Source: Polyangiaceae bacterium
GTDB taxonomy: Bacteria > Myxococcota_A > Polyangia > Polyangiales > Polyangiaceae
Reading direction: 5' to 3'
Assembly: GCA_965222375.1 (NCBI GenBank)
Contig: CBDCTZ010000015.1
Location: forward strand, 448,001-512,000
Length of the DNA: 64,000 bases
In this document: piece by piece, positions 38,614 through 48,076 of the stretch
Numbering within the stretch: position 1 is the first letter of the stretch
Layout: each line of letters begins with the position of its first letter
Position numbers and translations under genes: made by a program
Notes under the pieces: model-generated
What the model saw: the letters and a program-made list of their open reading frames with translations, nothing else
What the model was told of the DNA's origin: nothing
The model's database searches: none

Positions 38614-39443
38614 AGCTGCTCGAACTGCAGAAGTGCAGAAGCACGCAGCGCCGCTCCAAGCTGAAGTTCACGACGACGGGGGGCGGATCTTGGAAGGTCT
38701 GGGATCGCTACCTGTCGCTTGGTCCCGAACAGCTCGTTCATTTGGGCAACGTTTGCGGGACATGCCGCTTCTTTTTCAACATCGTCGCCGAGTGTCCGCT
38801 CGACAGCGTCGAACTTGGCTCCACCCGCGAGCAGCTGGAAATGGGACTTGAATGCATTGGCACGATCGCAAAATCTTTCTTGGCGGTTCTGCCGAGGGGG
38901 CACTACCAGGCGGCGCTGTTCGAGATGAGCCCCGGCCAAGCCGGCACCCCCGGCAACCCCGACTATTTCGAATGTGAGCAGCGCGAGGCTTGGCGCTACG
39001 AGCCCGAGGCGGATGAGGGAGCTTGCTCACTTTATTACCGAAGCGGCACTCGCTCGATGGGAAGCGGGCAGATGTTGTTCGAGTTCGTCGTCCCGCTCTT
39101 TGGCGCGGCCGCCTTGGACGACAGACGCGTGGCGCACTACATGAAACTCATGAGCGAGGGTTGCAAGCCCACGGCGGTCGCCGTTTCCGTGCTCGACGTG
39201 AAGTCTTCCATGGAGTGGCCCGAGGACGAAAAGGGCAACGACGTCGAGCCAGAGTTCGACACTCATTGGTGTTTTGCGAACTATCTGCTGGATGGCCACC
39301 ACAAGGTCCAGGCGGCACATCGCGCAAACGCCCCCATGACCCTTCTGTCCTTCATCGCCCTGGAACCATCCTGGCAGCGCGTGGACGATTTGGTTTCGGC
39401 CTACCAGGGGAAGCCACCGCCTTACTTACATCAGAGAGGATAG
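38610..39443 (+). CDS. Hypothetical protein with ParB/Srx-like motif
   Basis: YLLDGHHKVQAA; CGTC; ATGA overlap with the upstream gene. Confidence 0.65.
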   Translation: MKLLELQKCRSTQRRSKLKFTTTGGGSWKVWDRYLSLGPEQLVHLGNVCGTCRFFFNIVAECPLDSVELGSTREQLEMGLECIGTIAKSFLAVLPRGHYQAALFEMSPGQAGTPGNPDYFECEQREAWRYEPEADEGACSLYYRSGTRSMGSGQMLFEFVVPLFGAAALDDRRVAHYMKLMSEGCKPTAVAVSVLDVKSSMEWPEDEKGNDVEPEFDTHWCFANYLLDGHHKVQAAHRANAPMTLLSFIALEPSWQRVDDLVSAYQGKPPPYLHQRG

Positions 39444-39452
39444 CCGGTTGCC

Positions 39453-40574
39453 ATGACCAGCACTCGGTCACGCCGCGTCGTCCTAGTGGGCGGTGGTCAC
39501 AGCCACGCGATCGTTCTCGAGGCGCTGGCCAAAGAGCCCTTGGCCGATGCCGAGGTGCACTTGGTCGTGGACCACGCCGTTGCGGTGTACTCGGGCATGG
39601 TGCCCGGAGTCGTCGCGGGTCAGTACCGGCGACGCGAGGTCGAACTCGATGTGGCTGCGCTCGCGCGGCTCGCTGGGGCAGAACTTCATCTCGAGCCGAT
39701 GGTCGGCATCGACCGCAGGGCGCGCCAGATTGCGCTACCGAGTGACAACGCCCTCGCCTACGACGTCGCGTCGTTGGACATCGGCTCGTCGGTGGCCGGG
39801 CTCGATCTCGAGGGCGTCCGCCAGTTCACGGTGCCTACGCGACCCATCGCCGATTTGCTGGACGGCGTTGCCGATGCCACCGAGCGAGCACGCAAGCTCG
39901 AACGTCCGTTCCGCATCGTCGTGGTCGGCGGCGGCGCCGGTGGAGTCGAGCTGGCCTTCTGCCTCGACGCCCGAGTCAAAGCGCACGGCACAGTTCGCAC
40001 CAGCTTGGTCACGGATAGCCCGCGCCTGCTGCCCGGTTTCGGCGAAGCGTTCGTCAGGCGGATCTCGTCCGAGGCAGAGCGGCGAGGCATTCGCGTGCTG
40101 ACCGGGGTACGCGCAAACAAAGTCGACGAAGCAGCCGTGCACTTGGACGACGACCGCAGCCTCGAACACGACCTCGTGATGTGGTCGACTGGAGCGGTGG
40201 GGCAAGAGGCTTTTCGGGGAACTGACCTCCCTCTCGATCCCCGAGGCTTCGTCTATGTAGACGACAGCTTGCGCGTGGTTGGCTGCGACTCTCTATTTGC
40301 AGTCGGCGACTGTGCAACCTTGCGAGCGCACCCAGACACGGCGAAGGCGGGTGTGTACGCCGTACGCCAAGGTCCCGTGTTGCTTCGAAACCTACGTCGC
40401 TGGCTCGCCGGACAGCCTCTCGAGAGCTACGCCCCCCAAACCGACTTCCTGCGACTCCTCAACTTGGGGGACGGCCGCGCCCTGGGAGGCAAGTGGAGCG
40501 TCGCCGCCGCGGGGCGCCCAGTGATGTGGCTCAAGGACCGAATCGACCGCGGCTTCATGGCCCGTTTTCCCTGA
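39453..40574 (+). CDS. FAD-dependent pyridine nucleotide-disulfide oxidoreductase (SelD N-terminal-like, standalone)
   Basis: VLVGGGHSH, YSGMVPG, VVGGGAGGVE, FAVGDCA, KAGVYAVRQGP, KDRIDRGFM. Confidence 0.88.
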   Translation: MTSTRSRRVVLVGGGHSHAIVLEALAKEPLADAEVHLVVDHAVAVYSGMVPGVVAGQYRRREVELDVAALARLAGAELHLEPMVGIDRRARQIALPSDNALAYDVASLDIGSSVAGLDLEGVRQFTVPTRPIADLLDGVADATERARKLERPFRIVVVGGGAGGVELAFCLDARVKAHGTVRTSLVTDSPRLLPGFGEAFVRRISSEAERRGIRVLTGVRANKVDEAAVHLDDDRSLEHDLVMWSTGAVGQEAFRGTDLPLDPRGFVYVDDSLRVVGCDSLFAVGDCATLRAHPDTAKAGVYAVRQGPVLLRNLRRWLAGQPLESYAPQTDFLRLLNLGDGRALGGKWSVAAAGRPVMWLKDRIDRGFMARFP

Positions 40575-40745
40575 GCCGTGAGGTTTCTCGCTGAAAGCAG
40601 TGGCAACGTTCATAGGGGCGGGTGCGATCTTTTGTCAGACCCCAGGGCTAGCCCAAACGTATACGCACGCTGAATCGATGCTCGAGCCCTGCATGCCCCT
40701 GCGGCGGGGGCCGACGGAGCTCGGGCCCAAAACTAGGGAATCATC

Positions 40746-42716
40746 ATGTCGACGACGCGAAGCATCGGTCGAATGGCCTGGGTTTGTCTGGGCGCATGGC
40801 TGCTCTGGGCTACGGGCTGTGCGCAGACACACGCGACGGCGAGGCAACCTTCTTCTGCGAAAGGCACCAAGGCCGGTGTCGAAGAGATCGACCCGTCCGT
40901 GCCGCGGGCAAGCCTGGTCTCCCTGGAGGATGATCCCAATGCGGTAGAGGTCTCGTCCACGATCCGCAAAGTGACCGTGTATTCCGACCGAGCGCTGGTC
41001 AGACGAGAGGCAGCGGTCAAGATCTCGACGCAGCCGACGGTGTTTGCGTTTAGGCACCTGCCTGGCTGGGTAGACGATGGCTCGGTGCGTGCAGCGACGA
41101 CGTCAGGTCGCATCTTGGACGTGCGCGTCGGCAGAAGCTATCTCGCACGGGCCACTGAAAAGAGCTACCGCAAGGCGGAGGCTCAGGCCCGCGCTCTAGC
41201 CGATCGACTCCTCGCCCTCGACGACGAGCTAAGGGTGCTGGATGCCCAGACCAAGCAGGTCGAGGACATCAAGGCGTTCTCGATGGACAAGCTCAACAAG
41301 GACGTCGTGGCCGGCAACCCCAAAGGCCCGGGCAATCCACCGGTCGCGGGAAGCGTCGGCGTCAACACCTACGCAGCCGTGGTGGACTTCATCGCCCAGA
41401 AGATGCGCGAGATCGCCAAAGGGCGTCGCGCCGTACATGCCGAGCGCAAGAAGCTGGCGCCCAAAGTCAAGGCCAGCAAGCGGCGTCTCGACGATCTGCG
41501 CGGTCTGACCCAGCTGGAGGAGACGAAAGTCTTTGTCACCGTGCAGGGCAAAGCTCCAGCTCAGGGCCAACTCCAGCTCAGCTACCTGCTTCCTGGAGCG
41601 ACCTGGGAAGCCGCGCACGAGCTACGCGCTTCAGGCAAGGATGCCAAGTCCGTCGAAATCACATCCTTCGCAGTTGTCACTCAGGCAAGCGGTGAGGACT
41701 GGAACAATGCCGAGCTCACTTTCTCAACGCAGTCGTCCACCGCGACGGTGCGCATTCCAGAGCTCGAAGCGCTGACCTTGGGCAACAGCGCGGCGACGAC
41801 TCAGAGCATCGAGCGGCGCTCGGCGTCCTTCAGGCGCGCCGAGGCGGCGTTCCAAGGACAGAACCGCTTGTGGAACAAGCGAGTCCGCCGCTCCGTTGGC
41901 AGCAAGAGCTTCGAGAAGAGCTACAAGACGAACTTCGAATACCTGCAGGTGATCCAGAGCAAGACCGTCCAGCTCTTCCAAAGCCTGCAGCAGCGCGGGA
42001 CGACATCGCAGTTCAAAGCGATGAGCACGACCAAGGTGCGGGCTGATGGCCGCTCGGTGCGTGTGCCCCTCGGCCGCGCGGTCTTGAAAGCCAAGAAGGC
42101 CATCGTCGCTGCTCCCGAGCAGTCACTAAACGCGGCCGATACGCTGGAGATGGTCAACACCAGCGGGCAGTCGCTCTTGCCCGGGAAAGTGGCGCTGTAT
42201 CAAGCCGGCGCGTTCCTTGGCATGACCAACCTGGACTTCGTGGCGGAGGGCGAGAAGTTCGCGGTTTTTCTTAGCGTAGCGGACCAACTCAAGATCTCGC
42301 GCGTGCTCGACAAGAAGCGCAGCGCGCTGGTGCGAAAGAAGCGAACCCGAATGCAGCTGGCCTTCATCGTCACCGTGGAAAACCTCTCCTCCAAGACCAT
42401 GTCCCTCAAGCTCGCCGATCGCATTCCGGTGAGTGAAGACAAGGACATCGTCGTCAGCCGGGTCAAGATAAGCCCAAACATGAAGCCCGACTCAAAGGGG
42501 ATCTTGCGTTGGCCTCTCACACTACGACCCAAAGAGAAACGCAAGTTCGAGATCCAGTATCAGCTCGAATACCCGCCGACGTTGGTGCTCGAAATGAAGC
42601 GCCGCAGGGCTTCCGAGGCCGACGCTCGCGCGCCAGCAGGAATGCCGGCGCCTCGTGCCCGCCGCAAAGCCTACGATCTCAAGGAAGACATCGAGCGACT
42701 TGAGAACGCATTCTAG
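40746..42716 (+). CDS. DUF4140/DUF4139 (MuiA-like) lipoprotein
   Basis: Lipobox ATGC; VTVYSDRALVRR, VTQASGEDW....LTFST, LADRIPVS...I.V. Confidence 0.85.
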   Translation: MSTTRSIGRMAWVCLGAWLLWATGCAQTHATARQPSSAKGTKAGVEEIDPSVPRASLVSLEDDPNAVEVSSTIRKVTVYSDRALVRREAAVKISTQPTVFAFRHLPGWVDDGSVRAATTSGRILDVRVGRSYLARATEKSYRKAEAQARALADRLLALDDELRVLDAQTKQVEDIKAFSMDKLNKDVVAGNPKGPGNPPVAGSVGVNTYAAVVDFIAQKMREIAKGRRAVHAERKKLAPKVKASKRRLDDLRGLTQLEETKVFVTVQGKAPAQGQLQLSYLLPGATWEAAHELRASGKDAKSVEITSFAVVTQASGEDWNNAELTFSTQSSTATVRIPELEALTLGNSAATTQSIERRSASFRRAEAAFQGQNRLWNKRVRRSVGSKSFEKSYKTNFEYLQVIQSKTVQLFQSLQQRGTTSQFKAMSTTKVRADGRSVRVPLGRAVLKAKKAIVAAPEQSLNAADTLEMVNTSGQSLLPGKVALYQAGAFLGMTNLDFVAEGEKFAVFLSVADQLKISRVLDKKRSALVRKKRTRMQLAFIVTVENLSSKTMSLKLADRIPVSEDKDIVVSRVKISPNMKPDSKGILRWPLTLRPKEKRKFEIQYQLEYPPTLVLEMKRRRASEADARAPAGMPAPRARRKAYDLKEDIERLENAF

Positions 42717-42739
42717 GAAAACACGAGCCGCGTGACGCG

Positions 42740-42781
42740 CTAGCTCCAGAAGCGCTGACCGTGAAGGTCGACGGACTGGTC
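42740..42781 (-). repeat. Orphan duplicate of the last 14 codons of the GNAT gene
   Basis: Minus strand DQSVDLHGQRFWS* versus gene end DQSVDLHGQRFRS* (43608-43649); 37/42 nt identical. Confidence 0.88.
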
Positions 42782-42916
42782 GTGACCGCAACCGGCTGCG
42801 ATTTCAGCGGTGTTGTCGACGGGCACGCGGGCCAAGACGCTCACCGGCGACGGAAATGCCCTGCGCAGAGCCAGAGTCGAGGTCTGTGAGAGCACGCTGG
42901 TCCCCAGCGGCGCCGG

Positions 42917-43423
42917 CTACTTCACACATTTGGCCAGGGTCGCTCGACCATCCGACTTGCAGCGGCCGTCGCGCTTGCACGCTTCGCTCCCTTTGCAGTC
43001 CGCATCGGAGCCCACTTCGCAGTTGCGGGACTTGAGCGTACACCTTCCGTCGGCACGACAAGCGGCACTCGCCTGGCAATCTGCCGCCTTGCGGGCAACG
43101 CACTGGCCGAGGCCTGCGTGATAGCCACAGGCGCCGCGTGTCTTGCAACTCGGGCTCGCAGCGCAGAGTTCCTTGGCGCGAGCCGACGTCACGCAGGTGC
43201 CGGCCGCGCTCGATGTCTTTTCCTCAAAGCAGGTGAGCCCCTTCGCACAATGGCGGTCGCGCCCTGCGTGATTGGGCGTTGGTCGGCAGCGCTCCCCCTC
43301 CTTGCCAGGCCCCGCTCCGAACCACGAGCAGCCCGCGGCGACTACGAGCGCGATGCAGGGCGCCGCGCCTTTCGCTAGCCCGGTCGCACGGAGAGTTCGC
43401 CGGAGGCCCCTCCGGGCCCGCAT
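42917..43423 (-). CDS. Cys-rich repeat lipoprotein (cargo)
   Basis: Lipobox AAGC; repeats C..S.AC...G.C. Confidence 0.7.
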   Translation of the reverse strand: MRARRGLRRTLRATGLAKGAAPCIALVVAAGCSWFGAGPGKEGERCRPTPNHAGRDRHCAKGLTCFEEKTSSAAGTCVTSARAKELCAASPSCKTRGACGYHAGLGQCVARKAADCQASAACRADGRCTLKSRNCEVGSDADCKGSEACKRDGRCKSDGRATLAKCVK

Positions 43424-43607
43424 CTTTTGCCTGGTCCGCATGCGGCAGAGCATACTCGACTTCGGCCGCGAAAGCTCTGTAGCTGCAGGTCCCTCTTCAT
43501 CTCCTGCCGGGGGAAACATCGCGGGACATCTGTCAACCGGCTCGCCAATCCGGCCACCGGGAGCGAGCAGGCGGCTTGGTCGGCCGGCGTTTCCGGGCGC
43601 CGACCGG

Positions 43608-44111
43608 CTAGCTCCGGAACCGCTGGCCATGAAGGTCGACGGACTGATCGAACTTGCCGCGATTGTCCGTGGCGAGGGACTGCGACAGCTCCACCCGTGA
43701 TAAGAGCCAGAAGCCGGCCTCGGCGAAAAAGCTGATGGCCGCGGCGTTGCGGGCTACTGGGCGCACGTTGAGGTAGCGGAGGCCACGCCGCCGCGCGTCG
43801 TCGACAACGTGCTGCACTAAGGCTTTTCCAACACCGCGGGCGCGAAATGCCGGTTCGACGACGATCGGCTCCAGCTCGCCGTCCGTTCCATCGACGAGCA
43901 GACCACACAGGCCGATCACGCGGTCTTCATCCTCAGCAACCCACACTGCGGCCAGCTTGTCGTGCTTCAAGTAGTCATCGAACTGGAGGCCGGGCTCCTC
44001 ACCGCCAATCTTGGGATCGCGGTACAGCTGTCGATGATGCTCGGTCAGCTGCACCCACAACTGGCGGCACGCAGCTCGGTCGCGGTCAGCATCGCATGGT
44101 CGGATCAACAT
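43608..44111 (-). CDS. GNAT acetyltransferase
   Basis: VVEPAFRARGVGKALV, NAAAISFF...GF. Confidence 0.9.
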   Translation of the reverse strand: MLIRPCDADRDRAACRQLWVQLTEHHRQLYRDPKIGGEEPGLQFDDYLKHDKLAAVWVAEDEDRVIGLCGLLVDGTDGELEPIVVEPAFRARGVGKALVQHVVDDARRRGLRYLNVRPVARNAAAISFFAEAGFWLLSRVELSQSLATDNRGKFDQSVDLHGQRFRS

Positions 44112-44322
44112 GACCCGGTCACCATAGAATGCGCCAGCGCTCCAGGGTAGTTGCTTTTCTCGGGTTTGAAGGAGACGCTATACGGGCAATGAAGTTCTCG
44201 AAGTACGACACGCGTCACTACCCGATGTTGGGTGTGCAAGACGGCGACGGCGAGTGGGCCGAGCAGTACGAATCTGCGGTGCTCGACGAAATGGACTGCC
44301 GTCTGCCATTTGAAGGAACGAC

Positions 44323-44949
44323 ATGACCGTCTACGCATTCCTGCACGAAGGGTACTCGGACTGGGAACTCGGATACATCTTGCCCGAACTCAGGACGCCG
44401 CCCCCGGCACCCACCATCGAGAAAACCCTGAAGCAGGTCACGAGCTTCGGGCTCACCACCAACAGTGTCCTCTCCATGGGCGGATTGCGGGTGACGCCGG
44501 ATGTGACTCTCGCCGATGTAGATCTCGAAAACCTCGAAGCCCTGATCTTGCCCGGAGGAACGTTCTGGAACGGATTCGAGGACGCGTCTCTGGACGCGTT
44601 GGTCGCAGAGGTTTCCAAGGCCAATCGCGTCATCGGTGCCATCTGCGCAGCGACCGGCTACCTGGCTGGCCTTGGCTTGCTCGACGACGTGGATCACACC
44701 AGCAATGCCTGCGCCTTCCTGAAGCAGCGGGCACCGAACTACCAAGGTCAGTCGCGTTACAAAGAAGAGCTAGCGGTTGATGGCGGCAACCTCGTCACGG
44801 CCAGCGGCCTGGGCGCTGTGGACTTTGCGCACAAGCTCCTGCTGAAACTGAAAGTGTACCCTCCCGCCTTCGCCGACGTGTGGCTACGTGCCTTCAAGTA
44901 CGGCGAGGATCCCTTCTCGAAAAGCGACGCGTCAGAGTCAGCGAGCTGA
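44323..44949 (+). CDS. DJ-1/PfpI family protein
   Basis: YSDWE, SMGGL.V.PD, LILPGG, GAICAA, HTSN. Confidence 0.9.
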   Translation: MTVYAFLHEGYSDWELGYILPELRTPPPAPTIEKTLKQVTSFGLTTNSVLSMGGLRVTPDVTLADVDLENLEALILPGGTFWNGFEDASLDALVAEVSKANRVIGAICAATGYLAGLGLLDDVDHTSNACAFLKQRAPNYQGQSRYKEELAVDGGNLVTASGLGAVDFAHKLLLKLKVYPPAFADVWLRAFKYGEDPFSKSDASESAS

Positions 44950-45010
44950 GCCCACGGAGGAGCCTCTTACGGCTTCGAGACGGGCGCAATGGACACTAGG
45001 ATGCGCCAGC

Positions 45011-45106
45011 ATGCGCGTGATGAAAGGCGATTTGATCCAACTGGCGCTCGACGGACACTTCGACGTGACCGTGCACGGCGCCAATTGTCAACAACACCGC
45101 CGGTAG
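45011..45106 (+). pseudogene. 5' remnant of a macro-domain protein
   Basis: MRVMKGDLIQLALDGHFDVTVHGANC followed by a stop within a few codons. Confidence 0.6.
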
Positions 45107-45177
45107 AGGCCCTGGCACGCGCGCTAGAAAACGTGCGCGCTGCTGCGCTCTGCTAGGGTCCCGGCATCAAAGCCTAC

Positions 45178-46014
45178 TTGCAGTCCCTCGCACACTTCGC
45201 CGCCCGTGTTCGCGCAACACCGGTGTTGGCCGTGTTCGCCACCGCTGCGGCGCTGGCGCAGGGCGCGATTGGCTACCACATGCTCGAGGGCATCTGGGCC
45301 ATTGTCGTCTACCCGCTCGTGAACTTTGCCTTCGCCTCGGTCGTGCTCTTCGTGGTGCGCCATCGCGGACGGCCCGACGAATCCCAGCTCCGCGCACCGC
45401 GGCTGCAACTCATCATCGTACTCGCGTTCGTCGCGCTTCATTTCGCCGCGCTCGCGTCGCAGTTTCCCGATCCCGCTCTGGCAAACAACCCGCTGACGCA
45501 GGCTGCGCGCTACGTGATTCGCCCCTTTGCCGGCGTCTTCAGCAACCTCGCCGTCGGCGCGCTGCCCGTCGCCGCACTGCTCTTGCTCTCGCGTCGACTC
45601 AGCGATTACGGGCTCGCCCGCTTCGACCTGCGCTCCCTGCTCATCATCATGGCGCTGTATCTTCCGCTACTGCTGACTAGTGTGCAGGGAACCCTGACCA
45701 CTGCAGCCATCTACTTCGTCGTAGCCGCGCTGCCCGAGGAGCTTCTGTACCGAGCGCTCTTGCAACGCCGGTTGCGGGCAGTGATGAGGGACCCGCTCGT
45801 CGCCGTGGTGATAGCTGCCCTCATCTTCGGCTTCATGCACCTGCCCATCAACTCGGCTACCCATGGCAGTATTGCTTGGTCGGCGGTGTACTGCATCGGG
45901 CTCAACGCCTTCGGGGGCGCGCTATTCGGATACATCTACCTGCGAACCCAATCCCTCGCGGTCGTAGCCATCATCCACTGGTGGGCCGCCGTAGCAAGCG
46001 GCGCATCGGGCTGA
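45178..46014 (+). CDS. CPBP (CAAX/Abi) intramembrane metalloprotease
   Basis: EELLYR, FGFMH, IIHWW; multiple TMs. Confidence 0.88.
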   Translation: MQSLAHFAARVRATPVLAVFATAAALAQGAIGYHMLEGIWAIVVYPLVNFAFASVVLFVVRHRGRPDESQLRAPRLQLIIVLAFVALHFAALASQFPDPALANNPLTQAARYVIRPFAGVFSNLAVGALPVAALLLLSRRLSDYGLARFDLRSLLIIMALYLPLLLTSVQGTLTTAAIYFVVAALPEELLYRALLQRRLRAVMRDPLVAVVIAALIFGFMHLPINSATHGSIAWSAVYCIGLNAFGGALFGYIYLRTQSLAVVAIIHWWAAVASGASG

Positions 46015-46023
46015 AGCTCCGTC

Positions 46024-46473
46024 CTAGTCTTCGACGCGGAAGCGTCCGACCGCGATGGTCTTGCCCGTGGCAACGTCCTCAATCAGCACTTCGTAGGTGC
46101 CAGCAGTCGGCAACTTCCAGGTCTTGTAGAAGACGTTGAGGTCCCCGCTGATGTCGCTTTCGCTACGGGTGAGTTGCTGGCGCTCACCACCATTGATCAT
46201 GTACATGGTGTTGCGGATCTTGTCGGCGGGAAATTGGTCTTCCGAGGTCGTGAGCTTGTAGCCGATGTGCCCAGTCGACAGCTTCTCTGGGAAGCGATCG
46301 ATTTCGGGGTCTGTTTCCGACTTTGGAACGCCGAAACGTAGCGTGTAGCGCGGGTCGTTTTGCTCGGCCGGCGCGGCCGATGCGCTCGGCGAGGGCCCGG
46401 AGTTACCACTCTGCTTGCAGGCGACAAGCGCGGCGAGCAAGACGGCCAGAGACCCGATGACTGTTGTTCGCAT
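46024..46473 (-). CDS. Hypothetical lipoprotein
   Basis: Lipobox LVAC; GGGA RBS. Confidence 0.7.
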   Translation of the reverse strand: MRTTVIGSLAVLLAALVACKQSGNSGPSPSASAAPAEQNDPRYTLRFGVPKSETDPEIDRFPEKLSTGHIGYKLTTSEDQFPADKIRNTMYMINGGERQQLTRSESDISGDLNVFYKTWKLPTAGTYEVLIEDVATGKTIAVGRFRVED

Positions 46474-46612
46474 GATTCCCTCCCGACAGCTGGGCCTCCG
46501 TTGAAAGCATGACCGTCGTTTGGTGTCACGCAGCATTTCCGTTCTGGCGGCGGCCGAGTTCGTATCAAAGCAATCGCACTGCCCGTCAGAACCGGCCATG
46601 CGCTAAAGTAAC

Positions 46613-47257
46613 GTGATCGCCGATAGAACCCTCAAAAGCGCGCTCCTGGTTGCGAGTGTTGCTCTCTCGACGGGCTGCACCAGCAGCGGGCTCGGCGTCG
46701 TGCCTCGCTATCCTTACGTCGAGGACCGCGGGCTGGCCCTCGAGCGCGAAGTCCTCACACTGCAGGTGGAGAGAAGTGGCAGCGTGCGAGTGCACGCGCT
46801 CTTTCGCTTCATCGCCGAATCCGCACCACGTGACCGCGTTGCAACGTTCCCCATCGGCGGCCCGCGTAAAGTCACCCGTGGGTTCCGCGCGACCCTGCCC
46901 GGGCGAGACCCGAGCCGGCTACCGGTAGCTCCCGGTGACTCCGGCGCGTTGCCTATGGGAAGCGCCGTCGCCCACTGGGACATCTGGCTGGATGGCCAAG
47001 CCCTCAAGCGTCACGACGGTTGGCTCTCAGTGCGCTATGAGCAGCCCGGCTCCGGTGATTTCGGCTACGTACTCAAGAGTGGCGCCTATTGGCGTGGGCC
47101 CATCCGGAGCCTCACCGTCATCCTGGAAGACCCCCACACGCGCGTTGCAGCGCTTTCTGTCGAGGGCAAGCGCATGCTCGTTCGTGGGCGCGAACGAACA
47201 TCGGTCAAACTTCGAGACGTCGAACCGAAACATCGTATTAGGCTGGAACTTTTATGA
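46613..47257 (+). CDS. Lipoprotein, DUF4424-like
   Basis: Lipobox STGC; GYVLKSGAYWRGPI. Confidence 0.6.
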   Translation: MIADRTLKSALLVASVALSTGCTSSGLGVVPRYPYVEDRGLALEREVLTLQVERSGSVRVHALFRFIAESAPRDRVATFPIGGPRKVTRGFRATLPGRDPSRLPVAPGDSGALPMGSAVAHWDIWLDGQALKRHDGWLSVRYEQPGSGDFGYVLKSGAYWRGPIRSLTVILEDPHTRVAALSVEGKRMLVRGRERTSVKLRDVEPKHRIRLELL

Positions 47258-47925
47258 CCAAACGGTTCCTAGTATCCTTGGCCCTGATCGCTGCCTATGC
47301 GCCCAGCACCGCACTCGCGGACGCCGGCCCCAAGATCGAGAACTCGCTGTGGCTTCCGATTGGCATCAACACCGGCTACGCCATCAATCCGGCGCAGGTG
47401 TCGAACGGACTGCTATTCGGTGCGGAAGCCAGCTTTGTCTACCTGGACCGGAGCGCCAAATGGGCTGGAGTGTACACGGACCTGCTGCGCGACTTCGGCT
47501 CGGACACCACACGCTGGAGCGCCGGCGCCGAGTTCGGCGTGACCATTTTCGGGCTGGATGTCGGCTACGTGCGCAGCTACGGCGACACGGATTGGAGCGG
47601 AGTACGCGGACGGTTCCTGCTCTCAATGGCGGCCATCCACCTCTACGGTGGTCACGGATGGATCCTCAGCGGCGATGAGACCGAAGTCTATGGTGAGGTC
47701 GGGTTGCTCCTGAAGTTCCCGATCAACGTTTGGTCCGCTGAACCCAGGCGACGCCACGAGCCCGCGGTGGACCCACAAGAGTATGAGCGCCCGCAAGAAG
47801 ACGAAGAGCAGCTAGGCGACGCGCCCCTCGTGACCGAGCCCGGGCCCGAACCACCGCCCCCGACCAGCTATCCACCGCCCGACGACACGCCCGTGGCGCC
47901 CGTGCCGACGCCAGCACCAAACTGA
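47254..47925 (+). CDS. Exported protein, probable small outer-membrane beta-barrel with Pro-rich tail
   Basis: Signal peptide ending ALA; alternating aromatic/Gly strands. Confidence 0.6.
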   Translation: MTKRFLVSLALIAAYAPSTALADAGPKIENSLWLPIGINTGYAINPAQVSNGLLFGAEASFVYLDRSAKWAGVYTDLLRDFGSDTTRWSAGAEFGVTIFGLDVGYVRSYGDTDWSGVRGRFLLSMAAIHLYGGHGWILSGDETEVYGEVGLLLKFPINVWSAEPRRRHEPAVDPQEYERPQEDEEQLGDAPLVTEPGPEPPPPTSYPPPDDTPVAPVPTPAPN

Positions 47926-47930
47926 CCCGA

Positions 47931-48025
47931 CTTGGCCCCGCACGAGAGTAGTGGCCCGGCTTGGCCCCGCACGAGAGTAGTGGCCCAGCAAGGCCCAGAG
48001 AACCGACCCCAAAAACACAAGAGCA
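47931..48025 (-). repeat. Dispersed two-box repeat, family B, with 29-nt tandem duplication
   Basis: Minus strand TCTTGTGTTTTTGGGGTCG-N17-GGGCCACTACTCTCG; CTTGGCCCCGCACGAGAGTAGTGGCCC at 47931 and 47960. Confidence 0.8.
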
Positions 48026-48027
48026 AA

Positions 48028-48058
48028 CTGCCCGGTCCCTCCGAGAAGGGCCGGGCAG
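48028..48058 (-). terminator. Probable intrinsic terminator
   Basis: CTGCCCGG...CCGGGCAG stem followed on the minus strand by a T-rich run, just after the stop at 48077. Confidence 0.6.
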
Positions 48059-48076
48059 CTACTCGCACGGGCGCGC

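Noticed and set aside
39453..40574. selD assignment
   Set aside because: Only the flavoprotein domain is present; there is no selenophosphate synthetase domain.
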